Source: Eledone cirrhosa (taxonomy: Eukaryota). Taken from it: DNA of 64,000 nucleotides. The DNA is taken from positions 387,500,001 through 387,564,000 of the forward strand of contig OZ024741.1 in the NCBI GenBank assembly GCA_964016885.1, read 5' to 3'. Below are positions 10,955 to 22,932 of this stretch, piece by piece. The notes beneath the pieces are model-generated. The model had not been told where the DNA came from. It saw only the letters and a program-made list of their open reading frames with translations, and searched no databases. Within the stretch, counting starts at the first letter, position 1, and every line of letters begins with the position of its first letter. A program made the position numbers and the translations under genes.

Positions 10955-11173
10955 GCAAAAATGGATGCATACACATCGAATTGGTATTATTTTGCGGCAC
11001 GATACTCCTCTGAAAAAATACCTGCACACTCCAAATTCCAATGGCTACTTCCAGTCTGTACATTGTTACAAAGCTATGACTGCATTGAACACCATGCTAA
11101 AACACTGGTGCACATTTGTTTTGATGGAGAATCACTCTAACCTCACATATATGTACATAAAATTTAACAACAG
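10955..11173 (+). CDS. SZT2: SZT2 exon B
   Basis: ctctcag|G...AACAG|gtgagt; QKWMHTHRIGIILRHDTPLKKYLHTPNSNG...FVLMENHS resembles vertebrate SZT2 (WLHMHRLVLILEHDTP...HLHTPGSNG, recalled). Confidence 0.9.
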
Positions 11174-11203
11174 GTGAGTTTACTGTTTATTATTAAGTTG
11201 CTG

Positions 11204-11830
11204 TGGATTGGCAGTATCGGTAGCGGGTCGGACGCCATTCTTTGAAGCATAGAGTTACCTCCCTTTATGATCTGAGTTCAAATCCCGCCGAGGTTAACTT
11301 TGCTTTTCATCCTTACGGGGTCGATAAAATAAAGTACCAGTAATGCATTGGGATAATTGCTGGCCTTGTGCCAAAAGTAGAAACAATTATTAAGTTGCTG
11401 CTAGGGTGCTAGATTGTCAGTATCGGTAGAGATCGGACAACATGCTTTGCAGCATGTAGCATCAGCCCTTTACATTCTGAGTTCAAATCCCTCCAAGGTT
11501 AATTTGCCTTTCATCCTTACGGGGTCAATATAATAAAGTACCAGTAATGCACCGAGGTCAATTTAATCAACTTTCCTCTCTTCCAAAATTTTTGGCCTTG
11601 AGCCTAAATAAAAAAACCATTAAAGGGCACTGGATTAGCAGTATCAGTACATCATTGGATAACATGCTTCGTGGCATAGTTACGGCCATTTCCTTTCTGA
11701 TTTCAAACCCTGCCAAGATTAGCTTTGCCTTTCATCCTTATGGGGTTAATAAAATAAAGTACCAGTAATGCACAGAGGTCGATTTAATCGACTTTCCCCT
11801 CCCAAAAATTGTGCTTAAATCAGAGACCAC
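11204..11830 (+). mobile_element. Three head-to-tail tRNA-SINE copies
   Basis: Three copies of A box/B box/TTGCCTTTCATCCTTACGGGGTC...AAAGTACCAGTAATGCA, starting ~11204, ~11410, ~11630. Confidence 0.88.
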
Positions 11831-12249
11831 TATTAGGTTGCTGTATCTGCTCCCTTGGTTGGGGCTGGCATTTCTCATCAGGCAATGTGCTTATTTTAAG
11901 AAGAGACAGTTTCTTATAGAATGTCCTAAATAGATACAAGCAAGTTGTCTGTCTTTTCTATCAATAATACCAGACTCAATTAACCATTTTGATACCAAAC
12001 CATCTAAAACTGATTATTGTTTTGTGATACAAAACTGCTTGTTTTAAAGTGACTGTAGGAGTTGCGACTGGTAGATAGTATCGGCAATTGGAAAAACCAG
12101 TGGAAATATTGTTTCTTTGGTCTGATCTGACGAGTTTTACTTCACTCAGGAAGTGAATGAGGTCTGGGATCTTGTCAATTTTAATATGGTGTACACTTTC
12201 TTTATTAAAGACATATGGTACTTTGAAGATTTTAAAAATTCATTAAAGA

Positions 12250-12392
12250 GATAAATTTTAAGATATGTTCTTCTATGAAGAACTTTTACAGATGACTTCA
12301 GGTACCTCATCATCCTGGCAGGCGACTTCTATGGACATGTGAGGCAGTACCAGAATGGATTCTGTGGAGTTCATGGCAGCTAGGATATGGCT
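12250..12392 (+). mobile_element. Degraded RTE endonuclease fragment
   Basis: FYEELLQMTS...LIILAGDFYGHV...GVHG, similar to ~6097-6230. Confidence 0.6.
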
Positions 12393-12503
12393 TGACGTTG
12401 ATTTTAGTCAAAAGAAATCAATATAAACACTGTACATTACTGTGACTTACTAATGTTTAATGAATATATTTCTTCTTTATTTTTCCATTTTGTTTCATTC
12501 AAG

Positions 12504-12872
12504 TGATTCTGACAAACCTCCCAGCACATTTTATATACTCCGTGTAACATCAAAACCACCTTGTTTGGTGTTGAGGCTTGCATTCCTTGGTGGAACAGCT
12601 GGACACGAACGGCATGCAGTTGTAGCAGAACTAAGAGAAGAGATCCTCAAGTTGAAACTACCACGGGGACCTCATAAATCTTCCAGTTTGCGGCTTTCTC
12701 TTGAAAGGAGAAAACAGGTTCAAGGAATACTGCCAGATCCAAACAACCAGAAAGATGATGACCTCTCCAGTGCCAAACCATCCAAAATCACTTCTCAGCT
12801 AAACAGAAAGCAAACCACTGAAGTAAAATGTTGTGTTGTATTGAGTAAACCAGTGGAGAAAATATTAATCAG
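12504..12872 (+). CDS. SZT2: SZT2 exon C
   Basis: ttcaag|T...ATCAG|gttagt; DKPPSTFYILRVTSKPPCLVLRLAFLGGT...LREEILKLKLP...KPVEKILIR resembles SZT2. Confidence 0.9.
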
Positions 12873-13305
12873 GTTAGTTTTCATCACAGTTTAATGTCTA
12901 TTTTTCCATGCTAGCATGGGTTAAACAGATTGTCCCATTGTGAAACAAGCCAGTTCAGATGACTGTGTCTTGCTCATACAGAACTGTTTATTTATTTAAA
13001 TTCAAAAAGAATTTATGGGAAAATCTGACAGAAGACCAAGAAGTAGACCATGAGCAAAATGAATAACTTCCATAACCTGGGTTTATCTTATTTGGAGATC
13101 CAACCAGATTATTTGGTGATGGTTGCATCTGATAGGAACCTCTGGAAGGTGTGTTGGAGGACTCTGCCCCCAATCATGAATTTCTCAAGAATAGGTGGAG
13201 CTAAGACTAGAAGAAAAAAGAAAAAGCTGATTGTAGTGCATAAATCACAATCACTTGCAAAATATTCTCCCTCATACTGGTGCACAATTAAAATGTTGAT
13301 ATGAT

Positions 13306-16300
13306 TCATCATCATCATGGTTTAACGTCTATCTTCCACGCTAGCATGGGTTAGACGGGAAGTTGTCCCACTTGAAGCAAGGTTGGTCGGGTGACCGTGT
13401 CTCGCTCGTATAGGGCTATCTGGCAGGTTTTCTGGATACCACAGTGTGGACTGGGAACTTTTTACCGTGTTACCTACACGGCCACATTACAGCGTGGACT
13501 GTATGTTTTTTTTTGTCATGACACCTACACTCAATCTTGATCTCATTATCCCATTTGTTTGGACTGGATGTTGTGGTAGAAACTTTACAGAGAGAGGGTG
13601 GTGTTGGTGGGAGTGGATTGGGGGTGAATATTTGGTTAAGAGGTGCCTACTGACTAGGTTTCGCTTTGTACATAGGCAAGGCGGGTCTTCTGTATTACTG
13701 CGTGGCGCCAAAGATCTCGGTCCAGTGACATTGGCTTAGAGAGGTGCAAGTGTGTAAGGTCGGAATTTATGAAATCGTCCCAGGTTTTTCTGGGTCTACC
13801 TACTCCGTAACTTTTTGATACAGCACCCTCCACCACTGCTGATTCTGTCACCCAGGTAACGGAAAGTGTCCACTATTTCTATAGAACCATCTGGGCAATA
13901 GAAGAAGCTAGTATCCTGTGGGCACTTGCTACTTATTGCACCTGAGCATAGGCCACATATAAAATCTACGTTCTTAGATAGCTTACCTTTGATCCCACTA
14001 CATCTTTTATGCACCCATACTTTGCATTTGGGACATAAAATGGAATTTCTACCTACTCCTTTCCTACACACTGAGCATGGCCATTTCCCAGAGGGCACCT
14101 GTGCCCTATTTTTGTTTCTAGATACTAGAACTTTAGTCTTAGACAAGTAACTTTAAGGCCTTTTGATTCTAGGCCATGCTTCCATGCTTGGAATTTCTTC
14201 TCTAGTTCAGCCATAGATTCAGCTATGAGAGTTAGATCATCTGCATATAGAAGTTCCTGTAGTGACCTACATTTCGCGGGCTCACATTCTCTGTGCGTGA
14301 TTTGGCTCAGTTCAGCCAATCAGCGCCAGTAGAAGAGGATGTATCCCTACGCGCCCTGAGGAAGAAATTCCCCGTGAAGATTTGAAGAATCTCTCTCTTG
14401 TGCCAGGAATTTCGAACCAGCAACACGCATAATGTAACGGTGAGATTTTGCACCCCCTAGCCTCGCCGGCTTTCCGGCGCAATGGCACATTCCCTTTTGT
14501 AACCTCTTTTTATATGTAACTTCAACCATATAAGTTAACAAACATTGTTTGTGCTACATCAAAAATAAACATACATTTCATCTCTAATTTCTGCTGTTGA
14601 AATCATTATTATGTTACTCGTGTCTCAATAACATCTATAATCCATGCTGCTGGAATTGGCGACCTGACGAAAGGAATATTGTAAATACTAAGATGGTAAA
14701 TAGATCGAGGGACCTTCCCTCACGTCTATGTCGACAAGACAATCCAACGAGGATACTATCATTTTACCACACTGTCAACTAACGACCTTCATACTGCTAC
14801 ACTGCTAAAGTGGTGACCACGACTAATCATCCTGTTAAAGTGGTGACCGACATAAGAATTTAACGCAGCCCTTCTTTTTTATACAGTTGAACTTTTATTG
14901 CCGCGTTGCCGGCCTTTTCGCAACTTGCGAAAATACAATATATTCCTTTCAAAATTTTTTTTGAAAAATTAGCAGTATTTCAAAATGGCTGCCAACAGGT
15001 CCTGTCTACAATCAACAACGACAGCAGCAGCAGCGACCTTTGTTTAACCACTGACCAACGACAGGGAATAGTGAGTGGCAGCTTCATAGCCTTACCGACG
15101 CAAACCACCACACATCGGAAATTTCAAAACGGCTTGTAACTTTACCGACGCAACCACCATACCTTCTGTCTCGTTACCACAGGGACTCGAGAAATTGAGA
15201 CAGTAGTTTTCTCACCATTATGGCGTCAGACGTGGCTGCCATGTTTGGTGACTGCTACTCTACAGAAGATTCTTTGACTTTGCTTTAACAACAAGCAACA
15301 CAACCTTATGTCACACAAGATGGCAGGACGGTAAAATGGCCATGAAAACTCTCAAAAACACCATACATCTAACCCCTAACAGCATTAACAAACTTCTTTT
15401 TTAGTTTTCAGATAGAACTAGTGTCAGAAAGTCTGTACACTGGTGACGTGTGAACTATTTGACTTTGAAAAACTTTGAACTTATTGAGCAATTTCTCTGC
15501 TCCCTTAGATTGACTTTGAATTATCAGTTTGTTACATTCACATATTTCTTTGTAGAATGCATTTACTTGTTTTGTGCTCTTTTGCTATTTGCTTGCTCAT
15601 GGTTTTTGTTCATTCACATTCTTTGCTGTTTTACATGCCTGCATATGCACACATTTTTTTTGTCACACACCAACATGTTGTTCTTGGTATATGTTCTTCA
15701 AACGTAATATTCTGCGAGTCCCTTTTCACCTGGTTGAGGGGCTGTCACATGCTAGCAGCTCATTGAGCTTAATCCACTGGATTCAAACAGGCACCGCAAC
15801 ACGAGAATACATTGCAGCTGAACTCAAACAGCTTCGCATCTCGTTGCACACTGATCGTCCATGACGGCCATCCGTCTTGTTGTTTTTGCCCGACTCACTG
15901 GGAAAGCAACAAATTGAACTGGACTTGTCAGCATTTCCGCCACTTCTGTGGATTCGCCCGAATTATGGAATTTACACTGCAACCCACCTACAGATTAAAC
16001 TTGCTTTTTTTTCTTTTCAAAGCAACCAGCCATTTTTTCCTGGCTCCCTAGCACATTCGGCAATACATCTGGGAGGCCAACATTTTCTCGCCTACCCATC
16101 ATCTTCTTGCCAGCACTGGTAAACTACCATAATAGCTTCGTCCACAGCTACTGGTACAGCACTTACCATTAACATTAAATGCAAGAACAGCAACTTCGCC
16201 CATGTCAGACTTTATCCGTTTTTGTTAGACCTTTACTGGTCACGTATAAACAACAAAACAGCTGGTCATTTGACACAGCGGCTCAACACGGCCTGGAGCG

Positions 16301-18080
16301 CCTCATTTTTTTTCTTGCATGCAGCCTTCTGCCCAATTATTTTTTTAAACTGATGTGCTCTTTCAGTATTTGTTCTTGCTGATTCAATAATCTGTATCGA
16401 CTTCCTTGTGGGTCCTTAGCTTCTTCGTTTACGATTTTCGGCTAAAAATCTGCTCGGAGGTATTGTAGTGACCTACATTCCGTGGGCTCACATACATTCT
16501 CTGTGTGATTTGGCTCAGTTCAGCCAATCAGCGCCAGTAGAAGAGGATGTATCCCTACGCGCCCTGAGGAAGAAATTCCCCGTGAAGATTTGAAGAATCT
16601 CTCTCTTGTGCCAGGAATTTCGAACCAGCAACACGCATAATGTAACGGTGAGATTTTGCACCCCCTAGCCTCGCCGGCTTTCCGGCGCAATGGCACATTC
16701 CCTTTTGTAACCTCTTTTTATATGTAACTTCAACCATATAAGTTAACAAACATTGTTTGTGCTACATCAAAAATAAACATACATTTCATCTCTAATTTCT
16801 GCTGTTGAAATCATTATTATGTTACTCGTGTCTCAATAACATCTATAATCCATGCTGCTGGAATTGGCGACCTGACGAAAGGAATATTGTAAATACTAAG
16901 ATGGTAAATAGATCGAGGGACCTTCCCTCACGTCTATGTCGACAAGACAATCCAACGAGGATACTATCATTTTACCACACTGTCAACTAACGACCTTCAT
17001 ACTGCTACACTGCTAAAGTGGCGACCACAACTAATCATCCTGTTAAATTCTCATGGGCAGGCAGTCTTAAACTCCTCTGTGAAGTGCAATAATAAATAGG
17101 AGGGAGCTAAGGACAGAGCCTTGATGAACAACTTTTACGCTAAATTCTTCACTATATTCCTCGTTAATTCTAACCTTGCTGACTGTTTCTTTATACATGG
17201 CTTGTATAGCTCTCACAAGCAATTCATCTACACCTAGTTTTCTAAGAGCCCACCAGATAATGGAGCGGGGGCACTCTGTCAAAGGCTTTCTCTAAGTCAA
17301 CAAAAGCTAAGTAGAGGGGTTTACTTTTAGCTAGGTACTTCTCCTGTTGTTGTCATACAACGAAAAGAGCGTCTGTGGTACTTTTACCTGACGCAAACCC
17401 AAACTGCATTTCATCTAGATCAATTCGATCTCTAATTAGTTGTGCTATAACTCTGTGACCTTCATGACCTGGTCAACTAACTTAATGCCTCTATAGTTTC
17501 CCTATCTAGAGCATCTCCTTTATCCTTGTAGCAGTTAATGATGATGCTGCTACTCCAGTCTTTTGGTATGACCCCATTCTGTATTACTTGGTTAACTATG
17601 CGGGTGACCATAGTATGTCCCACCATTCCAGATGCTTTCAACATCTCAGCAACTATCTCCGAAGGCTCAGCTGCCTTGCCTGTCTTCATATCTTTGATTG
17701 CCTTACTTATTATACTACCTTTAACTTGCACCGCTGGTCCTTCTATTGGATCGATTTGGGGCAGACTATCTTTTTCCCACTTATTCTCTTCATTTAATAG
17801 TCTCTCGTAGTGACACTTCCAGTCTATCTTCTTATCAGTATCAGTGAGGACAAGTACACCATCATCATTACGGACACACTTCTCCCCGACAATATCACAG
17901 TTTTCCTTGACACATTGTCTTGCAATCCTGAACACCTCACGTTTTTGGTCCTCACGTTGTAGAACATGCTTGAACTTTCTATCCTCTGCTTCCCTTCTTG
18001 CAAAGTACACTTGATAGTGTTCTCTACTTCCTCCATCCCGCCATACTTTCCAAGCCTGCTTTTTGGCCTTGATTGTCTCC
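13306..18080 (-). mobile_element. RTE LINE (minus strand), interrupted by an LTR element
   Basis: RT segments 17052-18080 and 13650-14257 join across the insertion as CPWE|LLYADD; (CAT)n tail at 13306-13318. Confidence 0.92.
14258..17047 (+). mobile_element. Non-autonomous LTR retrotransposon (gypsy, probably CsRn1-like); LTRs 14258-14839 and 16464-17047
   Basis: Two ~583-bp near-identical direct repeats starting TGTAG; tRNA-Trp-like PBS (TGGTGACC); AATAAA at 14564; 4-bp TSD TTCC/TTCT; 1.6-kb internal region with no recognisable gag-pol ORF. Confidence 0.88.
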
Positions 18081-18106
18081 TATATATATATATATATATA
18101 TATATA
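18081..18106. repeat. (TA)n microsatellite
   Basis: Pure TA run at the RTE 5' boundary. Confidence 0.9.
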
Positions 18107-18247
18107 GTTTTTGCCTGTCAATTGTTGTCAAGGCATCACATCCATCCATTATAGGCAATGATCTTCCAACATAAAGAAGAAAATATACACCAAGAGAAAA
18201 TATAAATAATTTCTAAAATTGTTTAAAATGTAACTTCTCTCCTTCAG

Positions 18248-18472
18248 ATATGAAAGAGTGCCTCATGATTTAAGTGTTGTGGATGATCCTGCCCGCGAGA
18301 TACCTCGACATACATCTGATGCTGCTGAGAAAGCCAGCCGTTCAGTGGCTGCAATGTTTAACACAATGTCACGATACCTTTATCACAGGCGATGGATTTG
18401 GAGTATCCAGCTTGGTCGTGTACCTTTGATGCCAACACCTATGGTGGGACGTATGTTGTCCACTTTGGCCAA
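18248..18472 (+). CDS. SZT2: SZT2 exon D
   Basis: ccttcag|A...GCCAA|gttagt; YERVPHDL...MSRYLYHRRWIWSIQ...MLSTLAK. Confidence 0.88.
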
Positions 18473-19049
18473 GTTAGTTTTTTGTGTTTTATTTTTATAA
18501 TTGACTTTCATTTGATTGGCAGCACTGTCTTAGTACACACAACTGCAACACAGATGCAAACATCCCAAATATTGAAACTGGTGTATATTTGAAATGGGAT
18601 AGTAAGGATGTGTGCGTATGTGTGTGAAAGAGAGAAAGGTGGTGGTGTCTTTTTAAATCCCATGCTTTAACAAGTCTTTATGGAAAGGGGATGGTGAGAG
18701 TGTGCATCATCATCATCGTTTAACGTCCATCTTCCACGCTAGCATGGGTTAGACTGTTTTGTTCCATTTGATGGAAGCGTCTCTATCATCATGTGTGTGT
18801 GTATGTATATATATATATATATATATACACGCACACACAAATAATATAATCATCCAGAATTTAAAAGAATATTGCATGCACACACTCAAACATTTAAAAT
18901 AACATATTGATCTTTAACATGGGGTGTTTGTTTTTAATGAAACTGGAATATCCATGGGGGTAAATTCATATTATACATCAATAACAGATCAAAGGCAATA
19001 TTAGATATTATATAGATTAATTTGTAATAAAAAAGGAACAGGCTTACCG

Positions 19050-19875
19050 AGGTTATATTAATTGTTGATCCACTGTATTACTAAGGGTACTTGAACCACG
19101 TAACTGTTAGTTCCATTGCATTGATCCACTGTTGATCCACTGCATTGTTGAGAATACTTGAGCCATGTATCTATTAGTTACTGAACCACTGTATTGTCAA
19201 GGGTACCTCGGGCAATTATCTATTAGTTGCTGATCCATTGCATTACATAGGGTACTTAAGCCATGAATCTAATTAATTGTTGATCTACTTCTTTGGTGTG
19301 TGTACTTGAACCACTTTTCTATTAATTTTTGATCCACTGTATTACCAATGATACTTGAGCCACAACTATTAATTGTTGATCCACTGTATTGTCAAGGGTA
19401 CTTGAACCACTTATCTATAAATTGCTGATTCCCTGCATAACTGAGGGGACTTGAGCCACATCTATAAATTGCTGATCCACTGTTTTGTCAAGGGTACTTT
19501 AACCACATCTATTAGTTGTTGACCCATTGTATTACCGAAGGTCTTTGAACTGCATTTATTAGTTACTGATCCATTGCATTGTTGAGGGTACTTGATCCAC
19601 ATCTATTAGTTGCTGATCCACTTCATTGTCGAGGGTACTTGAAACATTTATCTATTAGTTGCTGATCCACTGTATTGTCAAGGTTACTTGAACCACTGAT
19701 CTATTAATTGTTGATCCACTGCATTGTTGCGAATACTTGAACCACTTATCTATTAATTGTTGATCCACTGTATTACCCAGGATATTTGAACCACTTCTAT
19801 TAATTGTTGATCCACTGTATTTCTGGGGGTACTTGAGCCATGTATATATTAATTGTTGTTCTACTTCATTACCGA
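19050..19875. repeat. Degenerate minisatellite, 46-49-bp unit, ~17 copies
   Basis: Consensus TCTATTAATTGTTGATCCACTGTATTGTCAAGGGTACTTGAACCACTTA; GATCCAC recurs at 19664, 19713, 19762, 19809. Confidence 0.92.
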
Positions 19876-20574
19876 TGTCATGTCTCTTCAGCCAGACTGA
19901 TTCTCTTTTCTGTCACAAATTGGTGTTTATAAAGTCTCATATTATCTGTAATGTTATTCTGATAATTACAGCATATATTTGAGTGTTATGCCTTTAACAA
20001 CCTGAACTACATAAACCCCTTAAGGTTTTTTTCCCAAGCTAAAGTAGGGGTTAGCCTTTGTAGATGTCCCTTAAAAGGTATTGTTCTTTCACATCAGGCA
20101 AATCACATCTTACCATCTTTAACTCTTAACATCCTGTACCACATGAAACTGCATTAATAGAAAGACATACTTGAAAGTACAAAACAACACTATGACTGCA
20201 TCACATTAAAAATATGTTCACTAATAAAGATACTCTAAACATTTGAATTAACAAACTTGTTTTTAGATATTTTCTACTAAATCATTAGAAGATGTTAAGA
20301 ATTAATGTAAAGAAATGCATATCAGATGATGTAAACCTGGGTACACTAAATCTGAAATAAAGTTGGGAGGTGATGACCATAGCTGGAACAATCACAGTAT
20401 GGCTTCAACTCAAACTGCATCATTGAACCTCTATTGGAGCAGCAGCAGCAACAACACAGTCAGAACTTTATTTAAACATACAATAAACGTTTTAGGATCA
20501 AATTTTTGTTAGAGTAGCTAGGTAAATGTATTATTGGCCTAGTTTTATTTATTTGTATTTTTTTTTTCATTAAG

Positions 20575-20653
20575 GATTCGAACTCAGGAAGGCTTCCACT
20601 TTGCACTTACAACCATTGGAATTGTCAACATGGTTCTGGAAGTTGAAATGAAG
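20575..20653 (+). CDS. SZT2: SZT2 exon E
   Basis: cattaag|G...AAG|gtatgt; IRTQEGFHFALTTIGIVNMVLEVEMK (cf. SZT2 RLSEGFHFA...IINMVLE, recalled). Absent from the ORF track. Confidence 0.88.
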
Positions 20654-21024
20654 GTATGTATTTGTCCTTTCTTCCTACTTCAAAAACACTACAACTGAGA
20701 AAATAAATGAGTGCCATCTGAAGCAGTGGGGTAAGGGGTTGTCCTTGAGACAAACTGGTATCCTCTCTAATCCAGGGTAGAGTGGAATCATGTACTCTCT
20801 CGCTTAATACAAATGAAACCACGATAAGTTCCAACCCGATGAGCCTCTGGGCATTGGACAGACTTTCTTTTTTTTAACTGGTTACACACTACTTTGCTCA
20901 TGTAACCGTTTCACCACTACTGCAGCAAACTGCTATATTTCAAATATAGATAATTAGTGACATGCATGTCGTTGCTGGAAAAATAAATGGATAAAGAAAA
21001 GCAATGACACATTGGGTCATAGTT

Positions 21025-21565
21025 GCATCATCATCATCATCTTCGTTTTAATGTCTGCTTTCTTTGCTAGCAAGAGTTGGATGGGTCAATATACACCATG
21101 TAATTATTGAAGTGATGCTGCTGATCTCCCAGATGGGCCAGGGATCTGCATCTTTGCTTATGTATGGTTTCATGTTCTACCGAGTGCACAGGAGATGTTG
21201 TCATATCTTTGACACAACTAAAGGGTCCTGCCAACCCTTTATTTTGCAAGCTTTCTATGACTGGATACCCTTCCTATTATCAACCACATTATAGTGTGTA
21301 CTGGGTGCGTTTATTGTGGAGGTCACCAACTGTCATGTCCTTGACATGACTGAGGAATCCTTCCAACCCTTTGTTTGGCAAGCTTTCTATGGCTGGATGC
21401 CTTTTCTAACACCAATCTCAATACAGCATGTACTGGGTACTTTTATTGTGTAGATCATAAACACGAGGGAGGCTATCATGTCCTTAACATGACTGAAGGG
21501 TCCTTTTAAATCTTTGTTCCGCAAGCTCTCTACGGTTAGATGCCCTTCCTATCACCAACCATGTA
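21025..21565 (-). mobile_element. RTE-tail element with ~125-135-bp internal tandem triplication
   Basis: (CAT)n tail, then three copies of CATGTCCTTGACATGACTGA...GCAAGCTTTCTATGGCTGGATGCC at ~21203, ~21334, ~21477. Confidence 0.7.
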
Positions 21566-22378
21566 ACAGAAAATTTAGCATCTATGAAGTGGTTCAAGGC
21601 AAGTAACATTTGAATGTTTAGTAGTGTCTTGGTACCTTCTGACTTCGATACAATGCTACAATATAACAAAGCACCTCAACAATCATACAGTATTCCTTCC
21701 TTCTATTTATAGCTGTAGATCTTTGTTTTTTATAAATTGGTCTTGAGAGGCTGGGAGGTGGAGGGCAGTCTGAATATCTGTAGGTCATTGTCTGCAGTAA
21801 AACTGAGAGTATAGAGAGGACCAGCAAGGGCACTCAGCATCTTTTGCCCTCACCTTGATTAGCAGATACCCCTGCATACCCAAACCCTAAGGCAACTATC
21901 ACAGCTCACACCCCCTTGCTATGCTTCTGACCAGTAGTCTGGTCTGAATGTTTGCAGCTACACAAAAGATGTCTTTACCATTAACTGTAAGAGTTCAGGA
22001 TAGAAGCTGTTGGTAGGCTGACATCCTAGTGACATGATCAACTGTGATCTCAGTCAACATAAATTAAAAGGAAAAAATTCACTAATTTAATATTTTTGAC
22101 ATGTATTTATTTATTTATTTAATCAACTTCAACGTCCATATAGAGCTAGTAAGCCATGATATATTAAGGGAAGTATCTAGTACTTCTTACACTTGAGAAA
22201 CAAAAGAACAGGATATACAGAGATAAGTGATTAAAAAAATAAAGAATAAATAAAAACTGTAAATAAGGAAGGCCAACACGAGGCAAAATAAGCATTTAAA
22301 AGATAAAGAAAAAAATTTGTAAACACTTTCCATTCTTTGTACTTAAAAAAAGATATTTTTCTTCTCTTTCACTGACAG

Positions 22379-22515
22379 TCTGACAATTCTTTCATTAAAC
22401 GTACTCCAAGAATTGGTTATGAAGGAGAAGATGAGAATGATGAAAACCACACTTCATCAACATGTGTTGTACAATATATCTTGTTTCCTCCTAATGCGAA
22501 AAACATACGTAGCAG
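22379..22515 (+). CDS. SZT2: SZT2 exon F
   Basis: actgacag|TCT...AGCAG|gtatgt; SDNSF...TSSTCVVQYILFPPNAK (cf. SZT2 TCVVQYILFPP, recalled). No stop codon, so the gene should continue downstream. Confidence 0.88.
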
Positions 22516-22706
22516 GTATGTCCTTTGCTCATTACAAGTACTATTTTGTATAAAATACTTTGTGTGATAGGATAATAGTTGAATTAGGACTACAGGCTGT
22601 AAATGATGCTAAGAAATGGTGGAAGACTCTGAATGGAATAAAGGACTATCCCAATGGCATAAATAAAGCTGAAGTCTGTCCAATGGTTGTGAATGAAGTC
22701 AAATAA

Positions 22707-22889
22707 TTGTTTCTACTTTTTGGCACAAGGCCAGCAATTATCCCAGTGCATTACTGGTGCTTTATTTTATCGACCCGGTAAGGATGAAAGGCAAAGTTCA
22801 CCTCGGCGGTATTTGAACTCAGTCTGTAAGGGAAGTAACTCTTTGCTGCGAAGCATGGCGTCCGACCCTCTACCGATAGTGCCAAGCCA
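22707..22889 (-). mobile_element. tRNA-derived SINE (same family as 9091), reverse orientation
   Basis: Reverse complement of the 9091-9274 copy; degenerate TSD TGAATGAAGTCAAATAAT / TGAATGATGTTGAATATT. Confidence 0.88.
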
Positions 22890-22932
22890 TGAATGATGTT
22901 GAATATTGTCCAAAAGCTATTAACCAAATCAA

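Noticed and set aside
10934-11140. ORF MFYPFSQAK... as the exon reading frame
   Set aside because: The other frame fits the splice phases and the SZT2 similarity.
9091-11830. tRNA genes
   Set aside because: A/B boxes are followed by a shared non-tRNA body, tail and TSDs, so these are SINEs.
13010-13175. Possible 3' fragment of a second RTE family
   Set aside because: Only faint RPR.RP and DR.LW similarity; too degraded to call.
14347-16990. Duplicated small ORFs (64 aa and 61 aa) as genes
   Set aside because: They are chance ORFs inside the two LTR copies, with non-ATG starts and no recognisable motif.
19050-19875. CRISPR-like array
   Set aside because: The whole unit is homologous between copies, there are no unique spacers or cas genes, and the context is a eukaryotic intron.
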